Shown here piece after piece: positions 21,915 to 31,470 of a DNA stretch of 64,000 nt (the stretch's first letter is position 1; each line of letters opens with the position of its first letter). The DNA is from Promethearchaeota archaeon (GTDB lineage: Archaea > Asgardarchaeota > Lokiarchaeia > Sigyniarchaeales > SOKP01). The stretch lies in contig JAHPZI010000021.1 of assembly GCA_019058295.1 (NCBI GenBank), positions 160,001 through 224,000 on the forward strand. The letters run 5' to 3'. The translations under genes and the position numbers were made by a program. The notes under the pieces are model-generated. The model was not told the origin of the DNA. It saw nothing but the letters and a program-made list of their open reading frames with translations, and searched no databases.

Positions 21915-22454
21915 ATTTCATCGGATTATTCTTTTAAAATCTGTATATTTGGAGATACGGGAGTTGGGAAAACCTCTTTAATTTCTAGATATCTAGGTGA
22001 ACAGTTCGAAAAAGATATTGGAAAAGATATGGAAAGATCAATGGGAGTGGATATTAATCATAAAAATATAGTAGTAGATGATATAAAGGTTTCATTGCAG
22101 ATATGGGATTTAGTAGGTGAGGAACGATTTAGAACTATGTTACCTTTTTATTTACGTGGATCATCTGGTGGTATTTTCATGTATGACACTACTCGGGAGG
22201 AAAGTTTGAACAAGATAGATGAATTGCTTAATATATTTAAGGAAAGTAATGCTGGAATGCAGGTTCCAATTATAATGGTTGGAGGAAAATCAGATCTTCA
22301 GGAAATGAGAACTGTTTCTATTAAAAAAGCGGATAGTATCTCAAAATCCCATGATTTTTATGATTATATTGAATGCTCTTCTAAAACGGGGGAAAATGTT
22401 GAGTTCTTATTCAATACACTAACTAGACTAATTTTAAAGAAGATTGGTTTGTAA
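21915..22454 (+). CDS. Rab/Ras-like small GTPase
   Basis: P-loop FKICIFGDTGVGKTSL lies upstream of the track start (22029); G3 WDLVGEERF, G4 GGKSD, G5 ECSSKTGENV. ATT 21915 is 6 nt after GGAGG; in-frame TGA at 21882. Confidence 0.92.
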   Translation: MSSDYSFKICIFGDTGVGKTSLISRYLGEQFEKDIGKDMERSMGVDINHKNIVVDDIKVSLQIWDLVGEERFRTMLPFYLRGSSGGIFMYDTTREESLNKIDELLNIFKESNAGMQVPIIMVGGKSDLQEMRTVSIKKADSISKSHDFYDYIECSSKTGENVEFLFNTLTRLILKKIGL

Positions 22455-22670
22455 AATTTAAAATTAGCAATAAATTTATCTAAGTTTGAATAATATTTTT
22501 GTCTTTTAGGTTAATTATTTTTAAAAATTGAACAATAATTTTATAAAAAAAAGTCTTCTTTTTTATGAAAAGCTTTTAAGAAAAATTAAAATTCAGTATT
22601 TAATTTACCAAGATAATAAAAATTTTATTATAATTCATAAAAAACAAATAAAATATAGGTATGAATAATT

Positions 22671-24155
22671 ATGTCGTATAAGGCACCCGATGAGAAAGAT
22701 TTAGAAGCAATGATTGGGATTGTGGGAAAGAATTATGCCACCAACAATAAAGCAATCACCGCTTCTTATCTGGCTAAATCGGTAATGGGTCTAGAAAGTC
22801 AAATCCCAGATATTGTAGTACGACCAAAATACACGGAAGAAATACGCAAAATATTAATCTATTGTACAGCAGAAAAAATCGCAGTAAGTCCTATTTCTGG
22901 AGGACTCTCTGGTGGGTTCGCGTGCCCAACAATTAAACCAGCAGGCGTTGTATTAGATTTAGGTAGAATGGATAGAATAATAGAAATCGATGAGGCGAAT
23001 CGATACGCAATCATTGAGCCTGGTGTCACTAATGGAGGTCTATGGGCTTATATGGAGAAATATCATCCTGATTGGGCTCCTCCTATAGCTGATGGTGCTC
23101 CTCCCGCTGCAACTGTAATGGGTGATGCTATTGATAGAGGATTCTCGCTTTATACATCAAGTGTAGGACCTCAAGGAGATAATTTTATGTGTGGAGAAGT
23201 CGTATTTCCTAACGGAGATGTTGTAAGAACAGGTTCTTGGGCGCTTCCTTTTGCAAAACCTTTCTACAAATTTGGTATCGGTCCAGACATGTGGTCGTTT
23301 TTAATGGGAAGCCAAGGATCTTTAGGTGTAGTAACTAAAGCTGCTGTTAAGATTTATCCTCACCCTAAGCATAAAACGGTTGTAGCATGGGGAATGTCTA
23401 ATCCATACGATATGCAAGATTTAACTCTCGAGGTAGGACACCAAGAATTCGGAATCAGCCATAACACCGTAATGGTCCAAGGTGGGAATTATCCACTCGT
23501 CATGGCACGCTGGCCAAAAGATAAAGTTCCACATGAATACGCTGCCTTCCAAAAGATGGGGATTCCAGAATGGTGGATGAATTGGGAATGCTGGGCTCAA
23601 ACTCAAGAGGAATTGGATTACGTTGTCAAACGGATAAATTCGATGGCAGAAGATTTCAAAAAGAATCGTGCTAAGGATGGGGCTGCTATGAAACCTTGGG
23701 AATTGCATCCTAAACAAATAGCCAGTAGGATGAAAAAGCCAAATAAAATCGCAGTACCTTATAGTTTTTGGGACGCAGGTTTCTTATTTATTACTTGGTA
23801 TACTCCTTGGAATGAATGTGCTGAATTTGCTGAGATGTATAATGCAGAAATGGAGAAACGCGATATTCCTCCAGTAATGTGGATTGCGAGCATTGAACGA
23901 TGTAGACAAGCAATTTGTATGCCAATTATTTGTTTCGATTCTACTAAAGATGAAGATTTTGAAAAAGTACAAGATCTAAACGCTGTGACAACTGAATATT
24001 CATTGAAGAGAGGATGGCTTAATTACAGGCCTGATCCATTTATCCACATTCAAGCGTATTACCAAGCAGGTATGTATTGGAAATATTTAAGAGCGTTTAA
24101 AAAGTTAGTAGATCCTAATATGATAATGCATCCAGGAAGACTTGCTCTTCCATAA
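22671..24155 (+). CDS. FAD-binding oxidoreductase (VAO/PCMH superfamily)
   Basis: PDIVVRP, LDLGRMDRIIEID, IEPGVT, GSQGSLGVVTK, KKLVDPNMIMHPG. Confidence 0.9.
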   Translation: MSYKAPDEKDLEAMIGIVGKNYATNNKAITASYLAKSVMGLESQIPDIVVRPKYTEEIRKILIYCTAEKIAVSPISGGLSGGFACPTIKPAGVVLDLGRMDRIIEIDEANRYAIIEPGVTNGGLWAYMEKYHPDWAPPIADGAPPAATVMGDAIDRGFSLYTSSVGPQGDNFMCGEVVFPNGDVVRTGSWALPFAKPFYKFGIGPDMWSFLMGSQGSLGVVTKAAVKIYPHPKHKTVVAWGMSNPYDMQDLTLEVGHQEFGISHNTVMVQGGNYPLVMARWPKDKVPHEYAAFQKMGIPEWWMNWECWAQTQEELDYVVKRINSMAEDFKKNRAKDGAAMKPWELHPKQIASRMKKPNKIAVPYSFWDAGFLFITWYTPWNECAEFAEMYNAEMEKRDIPPVMWIASIERCRQAICMPIICFDSTKDEDFEKVQDLNAVTTEYSLKRGWLNYRPDPFIHIQAYYQAGMYWKYLRAFKKLVDPNMIMHPGRLALP

Positions 24156-24173
24156 AAAAAGAGGTGAAAAAAA

Positions 24174-25562
24174 ATGGCTAAAACTGGAATGGATAGATTA
24201 AATGAATTAAAAAAAGAGATATTTAAATGTATACACTGTAAAGCATGCAGATTTGCTTATTCTGGAGAACCTAGTAGAAAAGGTATTGGTGAACATAAAG
24301 GTAAACAAGGTACTGTATTATATGAAGGGATGGTAGATTCCTGTCCTGCGGGTATAGAATATGGATGGGAAGCTTTTTGGAATGCAGGGAAAATCTGGAT
24401 TGCTCGCTCAATTTTATCTGGCGATTTAGAATTTTCTGAAGAAGTAAGAGATGTGATTTTACCATGTATCACATGCGGTCAATGTTCTGCGCAATGTGAA
24501 AATAAGATCCCTACAGTAGATATAATTGAATCCTTACGGGCTGCTTGTGTAGAATCAGGAGTTCCTTTAATAGAGAAGCACGCTTTAGTAGATAGACTAG
24601 TGAAAGAAAGAAACAATCCTTATGGTGGTCAAGCAGCTGAACGCTTTAAATGGGCTAAAGATGCGGGCCTAGGTAAGTTTGTTAATAATAAAGACGCAAA
24701 AATTGCATATTACGTCGGTTGTACCGCAAGTTATAGACAAGTAGAAGTCGCTATCGCAACAGCAAAACTATTTGAACAACTAGGGATGAATTTTACATTA
24801 GTAGAAGATGAGGTTTGCTGTGGAAGCCCATTCTTTAGAATTGGTGAAGTTAATACAGCTCAAGAATTAATGAAAAAGAACCTTGAAGCTTTTAAAAATG
24901 TCAAAAAAGTATATTTCTCTTGTGCAGGTTGTTATAGGACCTTTACAATTGATTATCCTAAATGGATGGCTGAAGGAGAAAAGCTTCCCTTCACAACGCA
25001 ACATGCCTTTGAGTTAGTTGCTAAATTAATTCAAGATGGGAAGATTAAATTCAAACCAAATGCTGATCTTAAGGGTAAAGTGGTAACTTATCATGATCCA
25101 TGCCACACAGGAAGACATTTCGCCGTAGATATGGAACAAGAAATGATTAAAGAATCTAAAAATCTTATGTTCGACAGCAGGAAAATTAAACAAAGAATCG
25201 ATGAATGGTTTGAAATCCCGAGAATTATTCTCAAACAACTTGAAAAAGATGTCGGAATCGTATTTAAAGAGATGTATCGTATTAAACTTAACTCAATGTG
25301 TTGTGGAGCCGGTGGAGGAGTACGGGCAGGATATCCCGATTTCTCAATAAGGACTGCAAGTCTAAGATGTGACGAAGCTAATGCGGTAGGTGCCGATATC
25401 TTAACAACCGAATGCCCCTTTTGCTGGAGAAATTTGACAGACGCAAATGAACTTTACAATCATGGTATGACGGTAATGGGCGTACTTCAAATGATAACTG
25501 AATATGATCTTTTAGATATTCAGCAAAAACCAACTGAAGCAGATTTATTAGGTAAGAAATAG
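24174..25562 (+). CDS. HdrD/GlcF-like Fe-S protein (4Fe-4S dicluster plus two CCG domains)
   Basis: CIHCKAC, CITCGQCSAQC, YYVGC, CCGSP, CAGC, YHDPCH, CCGAGGG, ECPFC. Confidence 0.92.
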   Translation: MAKTGMDRLNELKKEIFKCIHCKACRFAYSGEPSRKGIGEHKGKQGTVLYEGMVDSCPAGIEYGWEAFWNAGKIWIARSILSGDLEFSEEVRDVILPCITCGQCSAQCENKIPTVDIIESLRAACVESGVPLIEKHALVDRLVKERNNPYGGQAAERFKWAKDAGLGKFVNNKDAKIAYYVGCTASYRQVEVAIATAKLFEQLGMNFTLVEDEVCCGSPFFRIGEVNTAQELMKKNLEAFKNVKKVYFSCAGCYRTFTIDYPKWMAEGEKLPFTTQHAFELVAKLIQDGKIKFKPNADLKGKVVTYHDPCHTGRHFAVDMEQEMIKESKNLMFDSRKIKQRIDEWFEIPRIILKQLEKDVGIVFKEMYRIKLNSMCCGAGGGVRAGYPDFSIRTASLRCDEANAVGADILTTECPFCWRNLTDANELYNHGMTVMGVLQMITEYDLLDIQQKPTEADLLGKK

Positions 25563-25565
25563 TAT

Positions 25566-25618
25566 ACGAGCCTTTTGCTCGTTAAATTTTATTTTATTTT
25601 TTTTTATATCTTTTTTTA
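25566..25618. terminator. Hairpin plus T-tract between convergent genes
   Basis: ACGAGC-CTTTT-GCTCGT (25566-25582) followed by long T runs. Confidence 0.5.
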
Positions 25619-25632
25619 GAAATTTAAAGGTC

Positions 25633-26817
25633 TTATTTTAAAAAGTCTTCAAGGAGATTGTAGACTGTTTCCAAAATTTTTAAATCCGGTAAAAATGTAA
25701 GCCTTATATGGTCTTTACCATAAGTGCCAAAACCAGATCCATAGACGCCACAGATTCCTGTTTTTCTAACTAGATCTATAACAAATTCCTTATCATTCTT
25801 CCATTGAGTGTATTCATTGAAATCTATTTTCGGAAATAAATAAAAAGCTCCTTCTGGTTTTATGCATGAGATGCCTTCGATTTGTCGTAGTCTCTTATAG
25901 GAATAATCACGTCTTTCTTTTAATTTCTTGACCATATCTTCAGTATGAGTGTCTGGTTTTTTTAATGCTTCTATAGCTGCGAATTGTGCTAGAGAATTTG
26001 CGCATAATCTTGCTCGTGCCATCTTTTCTAAGCCTTCTTTCAACTCATTAAGTTTTCCTTCAGGGTCGTGATAATAAAGATAACCAATTCTCCATCCAGT
26101 AGCAAGATGAGCTTTTGAAAAGCCATTCATTCCTATAATAGGAACATCTTTACTAAGGGATGCGGGACATGTATATTCTTTCTCATAGATAATCTGATCG
26201 TATATTTCATCTGATACAATTGGTAAGTCAAATTCTCCGGCAATATCTATTATTTCTTTTATCTTTTTACTGCTATAAACTACTCCAGTTGGATTATTTG
26301 GGGAGGCTAATAAGATAGCTTGGGTTTTATCCGTTATTTTCTTTCTTAAATCATCGATATTAGGGTCCCAATCGTTACTTTCGTCAAGTTCATATTCAAC
26401 GGGGATACCGTCAAAAAACTTAGCATAATTAATATAAACTGGATATGATGGTCCAGGAATTAATATTTCTTTATTTTTCTCAATTAAACCTGCAAAAACG
26501 AAAAATATCCCCTCAGTGACACCAGAAGTAATTAATACATCATCAGCTGTAATTGTTATATTGTTTTTATGATTTTCAAATTTGCTAATTTCTTCGCGAA
26601 GCGCGTATACGCCCAAAGAATCAACATAAAAATTTTGGCCCTTAAATGTTGCACTGGCTAAAGCTTGTGAAATATAATTAGGGGTCTTAAAATCGTATTT
26701 TACAGGATCCCCGATATTTAGGTGGTAAACTTTTCTGCCACTCTTTGCAACTTCATTAGCAACAACGGCAACATCCCTTATCGCATATTCTAAATCGGTA
26801 ATTCTCCTTGAAACCAT
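25633..26817 (-). CDS. PLP-dependent aminotransferase class I/II (alanine aminotransferase-like)
   Basis: YAIRD, LNIGDP, PNNPTG, SDEIYD, GFSK..LATGWRIG, PEGAFYLFP. Confidence 0.93.
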   Translation of the reverse strand: MVSRRITDLEYAIRDVAVVANEVAKSGRKVYHLNIGDPVKYDFKTPNYISQALASATFKGQNFYVDSLGVYALREEISKFENHKNNITITADDVLITSGVTEGIFFVFAGLIEKNKEILIPGPSYPVYINYAKFFDGIPVEYELDESNDWDPNIDDLRKKITDKTQAILLASPNNPTGVVYSSKKIKEIIDIAGEFDLPIVSDEIYDQIIYEKEYTCPASLSKDVPIIGMNGFSKAHLATGWRIGYLYYHDPEGKLNELKEGLEKMARARLCANSLAQFAAIEALKKPDTHTEDMVKKLKERRDYSYKRLRQIEGISCIKPEGAFYLFPKIDFNEYTQWKNDKEFVIDLVRKTGICGVYGSGFGTYGKDHIRLTFLPDLKILETVYNLLEDFLK

Positions 26818-27026
26818 TTAAATTCACTGGAGGAATATAAAAAATTATAACAATCTGAAATTATTACTTTATTTTAATAATTGTTATTTTGCAGTAAAGT
26901 AATTGGTATTAAAATAATGTTATTATTTACATAAGATTAAGTGGGGGAAACATAAAAATAAAAGACCGTATCATCATTAATATTTAGAAGAATTTTAATA
27001 AAATTTTTCCGAGGTTTTTTAGATAA

Positions 27027-30000
27027 GTGATAAAAGAGAGTTTTATTTTTAAGGAAGACTTGGTTGAAGGGAAATCATTATATCCTTATGTCACGATATT
27101 TAAGAAGGAACCGTTTAAATCCTTTTTTTCAGTGAAAAGGAGAGAGATTGGACGATTTTATATTAGTAATTATGATGAGGTCATAAAATATTATCAATTT
27201 TTTAAGAAAAAGATACTAAATGAAAGAATTTTTAACATCGAAAATGTTTACTATTTCCTCTTATTAAGAAAGTATTTGAAAGAGGATAAGAAAGAAAATA
27301 AGAAAGAATTATATGATTATATTAAAAAATGTATATTTACAAAAGGGAATGATAAATTAGGATTTAAATTTTCTCCCTATTCAGATCAAAAAGAACCGGA
27401 TATTTGGTCCACTTATTTTGCTTTAGCAAGCATGAAATTATTAGGAGTTTTGAAGGAATTTCTTGCTTCAAAGGGACAAAAACATGTCGCCCGAGAAATT
27501 AAAAACTTTGTCCTCCCTCACAATAAAGGTGATAGATTCTTACACTGTTTTGATGAAAATTGCGAAATTTGCAAAAAGACATCCTCTGCAAGAACACTAT
27601 ATTTCGCATTGGAGATTTTAAGGCTTTTAGGAATAGATACAAGATTAAGTAAAGACTCGTTTCGCTCCCATTTAACTGATAAAAAGCGAGATCCATCGTT
27701 GGTTTTCAAGTTGTTATGTTTTAAGCTTTTGGATCTTGATTCTAATGTTAATGATAAAGCTCTTCAATATCTTCATCAATTTCAAAAAGAAAATGGCGGT
27801 TTTAGTTTTAAAAAAATAGATGGAAGAATAAATACAACATTTTGGGTAGTTTATGCTCTCGATATATATTCTTGGTTAATAGATTATAATCCTATTGCAA
27901 TCTATTCTTTTATAAACTCTAAACTAAATGAAATATTAAGGGAGGATTCTCATCGAAACTTTATTAAAATGATGGAACTCTCCAAATTGATTATATTATT
28001 ATCAATAATTTGGAAAAAATTCATTTCCGAAATTGAAAGAGTTATATTCAAGAAACTAGAACAAGATAAATATATTGATTTTAATCAAATTCAAGCTCCC
28101 TTAGGCTTAACTCATGGAATTAATGAGGTTATTTCTTATATCAATCACAATTATACGTTTAATTTGAAATTACAAGATAATACTAAAGAATTTCTCAATT
28201 TTACTCGTAATCTTACTCAGGGCCAAAGGATGATAGTTGAAGATTTTTATGAGCAACTTAGCAACAATAGAGACGTTTCTCTTTCTAAAATCATGAAAAA
28301 ATATAAAGTTTCTAACGCTTTTGAACATCTAAAATTAAAGGAAGACATTTTTCCTTTAATAAATAAAATGATAGAGAAGAATTTTTTTAAAGGTAAAATT
28401 ACAAAAAAAGGCATCCGTAAAAAATATTACTTTCATCTCGACGTATTATTAAAAAAAATAATTATTTCTGACACTAATATAATTTTGGCTCAACTACTTA
28501 ATGAAAAAGAGAAATTGAAGGAAATTAAAAACAATATTTTTAACATGATTTTAAAATTGAAGAATGTATCCTCTCAAATAAAAGAAGAAATCGAATCTTA
28601 TTTAATTCTAAATGAAATTGATCTCGCTAAAGAAAGGTTAAAATACATTATAAGAGACGCTTTAATGGAAGCCGATTTCTTAAACGAAAATATTGAAAAT
28701 TCATTTAATGAAGATTTATATTATACTAATATTCAAACTGTTTTTAATTCAGAGATAACCCGCTGGAACGAATTATATTCCATTTTAAGTAAAGAACTGA
28801 AGGCCACAGAATTGTTTCTGTTGAAGAAAATTACAGAAAAGGAAGATATAAGAAAGTTTAATAATACAATTGAGAATTTAGAAAATAAAATTTTCATATT
28901 TAAAGAATCAATCAATAGAAATATAGATGAATTTAGAAATAATTTAAGAGAAGTCAGTGAAAAATATTCAGATACAGAATTATCTGTTGTTATTCAAGAT
29001 TTTGAAAAGATTAGAATGAATGTAAGCGAATTTGATAAAAAATTTTATGAAATTTCTCAAAAAATAATCACAGAAGAACCTGAGATTATACAAAATCGAA
29101 AGAAAATAATAAATCAGTGGATTGAAATAAAGAAGGAATTAGATGACATCTTTAACTATTATTCTAATGGCTTTACCTTCTTCAAAGAGAATGAGACAAA
29201 AATTAATGATCTGAAAAATACAATTATTCAAGATATTGAACTTATAAGTGAAAAAACCAAGCTTAAAACAAAAGAAAGTCAATTTAAAGAAGCATTTGAT
29301 TTTATTAAAAAGGAAGCAGATAATTTATTAAAAACTAAAACAAGTGAAATTAAAGAGCTCCAAAAGATCATTAATAAAGCAATAATACCTAAACAGAGAT
29401 TATATTTGTTATATAAAGAATTACATAATAGGCTAGAGGATTTAGAGGAAAATCTACTTACAGAAATAGGACAACATGTTAAATCCCTAAAAAATAAAGT
29501 TGTAGAAGAAAGAAATAGAACAAAAATAGAGGATTTTGATAATTTTGTTTCACAAGAGATCTTTAATTTCAAAGAGATCTTCAATAATTATAAAAAAAAC
29601 ATAGGTCAGTTAAGTGATAAAGGAGTTAAAGATATAATTAATGGATTTAATGATATTCAAAATAAGTTTAATGATGTAGATCGATTATATTTAAAAAAAT
29701 TAAAAAAATGTAATGAATTAATTGAAAATTTTAACGAAAAATCCAATTTGACCATTATTCAATGGGATAATTTTAAAAAATATTTTAATCACGAAATAGA
29801 TATCTTAAAAGAAGAATACATCAATGAGATTATTACACGAAAAATTAATTCTATCTCAAACGAGAGAAAAACGAATACAATAAAAGTTATCGAATTAAAA
29901 AAGGAACTTGGCTTAAAATGTAATGATCTAATGTCTAGGATAAAAGAGATGATTGAGATTTCTAAATTAAATGCAAAACTTTATGATGCCGAAAAATGTG

Positions 30001-31469
30001 TTTTATTATATACAGATCATTATTATAAAAACAAGGAATTAAAGAATTATATTGACAATAAATTATTAAAATTAGTACGAGAGAGAATAGGGAAAATACT
30101 TGCCTTGTATGACTCCAGCATAAGAAAAAGAACATTAAGCGTAAATATATTAGAACTTCAAAATCGAATTAACGAGTTGAATTTTGAAGAAATTGTTCGA
30201 GAGCAATTTAAGCAAAAAGTCACGGAACTCCAAATCGATCAAACGCGAATGGAATTTATTGAGACTAAAAACTATTTTGAAGGTGTTTTAGAAAATAACA
30301 TATTTGCAATAAATAAAATAAGAAGCAACCTTGAATTGTTTATTAATAAGCAAAATTTTATAACACAGGAATTTAATGATTTGGAAACAGAGTTGAAGGC
30401 ACAAAATTCAAAGATTTTCAAAGATATTGAGAAATCACATGGAGAATCGTATATTAAAATTAAGGAAAGCTTTGAAAATGAATGGAGAAAACTAGGAAAT
30501 AAATTTGATCAAACTCAGCAAAGAATTGAAGAAGACTTAAAATCATCGTTAAGCAATATTAACGATTCAAATAAAATGGGACTTGAACTTAGTGAATATT
30601 TTGTTAAGAAAAAAAGTGAGTTTTTAAAAGATTATAAAGATAAAAAAGAAAAAATTAGCACCGAAATAATTATTTTAAAAGATGAGGCTTTCCTTGGAAA
30701 ATTACTCAACTTCATTAACGAACGAAAGGTGCGTATAAGCCAAATGCTAGGAACACTCCAAATTAGAGTTGAAGAGGACATAGATGCACGAGAATTTAAG
30801 AGGGCCTCCTATAAGATAAATAAACGAGCAGACAATATCTATAAACATATAAAATTAATTAAAAAGAATATAAAGAATTTAACGAAAGAATTTAATAAAT
30901 ATTCCAAAGATTTTGAAACAAAAAGCAAATATATTTTAAAAGACTTTGAGAGGTTTCTCATCGAATATTATGAAGCTTTAACTGAAAAAATTAAAAGTTT
31001 AGAGCAATTAATAATTAAATCATATATATCAATGGCCATAAAAGCTGTGACTAATGAGTTTCTCACGCTTAGTTTTTTAGCCAATGAGCTCAAAATAAAA
31101 AAGCATAATCTGCAAGAACATTTGATTTTCCTAATAAGCAGTGGCGAGTTAAAAGGCAAATATGATCCGCGCTTGGGATTATATTATGAAAATCCTGATG
31201 TTTTAGATAAATTAGATGAGGACGAGTTAGAAGTTTTTAAGAAAATGAATTTCCGAGTTTATATGTTTTGGAAACGATTTAAAAGCTTTACTAGTTTATA
31301 CGGTCCAATTATTGGTTTTTTTGCGTCTTTATTAGCAATAACTTATTATATTTTTATATTTTCTGGTGGGAATCCCGTCACCTTTGCAATTCCTATTTTG
31401 TTTGTCTTAGTAATCGTTTTTTATTTCTTTTTCAAAAGGGGCAAAGAAGAAAAAGTTAAGCTTGAATGA
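27027..31469 (+). CDS. Large prenyltransferase-repeat / coiled-coil / PCI-like winged-helix protein with C-terminal TM anchor
   Basis: PDIWSTYFALASMKLLG and YLHQFQKENGGF..INTTFWVVYAL repeats; long heptad-rich region; LSFLANELKI...LIFLISSGELKGKYD winged helix; two C-terminal TM helices. Confidence 0.75.
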   Translation: MIKESFIFKEDLVEGKSLYPYVTIFKKEPFKSFFSVKRREIGRFYISNYDEVIKYYQFFKKKILNERIFNIENVYYFLLLRKYLKEDKKENKKELYDYIKKCIFTKGNDKLGFKFSPYSDQKEPDIWSTYFALASMKLLGVLKEFLASKGQKHVAREIKNFVLPHNKGDRFLHCFDENCEICKKTSSARTLYFALEILRLLGIDTRLSKDSFRSHLTDKKRDPSLVFKLLCFKLLDLDSNVNDKALQYLHQFQKENGGFSFKKIDGRINTTFWVVYALDIYSWLIDYNPIAIYSFINSKLNEILREDSHRNFIKMMELSKLIILLSIIWKKFISEIERVIFKKLEQDKYIDFNQIQAPLGLTHGINEVISYINHNYTFNLKLQDNTKEFLNFTRNLTQGQRMIVEDFYEQLSNNRDVSLSKIMKKYKVSNAFEHLKLKEDIFPLINKMIEKNFFKGKITKKGIRKKYYFHLDVLLKKIIISDTNIILAQLLNEKEKLKEIKNNIFNMILKLKNVSSQIKEEIESYLILNEIDLAKERLKYIIRDALMEADFLNENIENSFNEDLYYTNIQTVFNSEITRWNELYSILSKELKATELFLLKKITEKEDIRKFNNTIENLENKIFIFKESINRNIDEFRNNLREVSEKYSDTELSVVIQDFEKIRMNVSEFDKKFYEISQKIITEEPEIIQNRKKIINQWIEIKKELDDIFNYYSNGFTFFKENETKINDLKNTIIQDIELISEKTKLKTKESQFKEAFDFIKKEADNLLKTKTSEIKELQKIINKAIIPKQRLYLLYKELHNRLEDLEENLLTEIGQHVKSLKNKVVEERNRTKIEDFDNFVSQEIFNFKEIFNNYKKNIGQLSDKGVKDIINGFNDIQNKFNDVDRLYLKKLKKCNELIENFNEKSNLTIIQWDNFKKYFNHEIDILKEEYINEIITRKINSISNERKTNTIKVIELKKELGLKCNDLMSRIKEMIEISKLNAKLYDAEKCVLLYTDHYYKNKELKNYIDNKLLKLVRERIGKILALYDSSIRKRTLSVNILELQNRINELNFEEIVREQFKQKVTELQIDQTRMEFIETKNYFEGVLENNIFAINKIRSNLELFINKQNFITQEFNDLETELKAQNSKIFKDIEKSHGESYIKIKESFENEWRKLGNKFDQTQQRIEEDLKSSLSNINDSNKMGLELSEYFVKKKSEFLKDYKDKKEKISTEIIILKDEAFLGKLLNFINERKVRISQMLGTLQIRVEEDIDAREFKRASYKINKRADNIYKHIKLIKKNIKNLTKEFNKYSKDFETKSKYILKDFERFLIEYYEALTEKIKSLEQLIIKSYISMAIKAVTNEFLTLSFLANELKIKKHNLQEHLIFLISSGELKGKYDPRLGLYYENPDVLDKLDEDELEVFKKMNFRVYMFWKRFKSFTSLYGPIIGFFASLLAITYYIFIFSGGNPVTFAIPILFVLVIVFYFFFKRGKEEKVKLE

Positions 31470-31470
31470 A

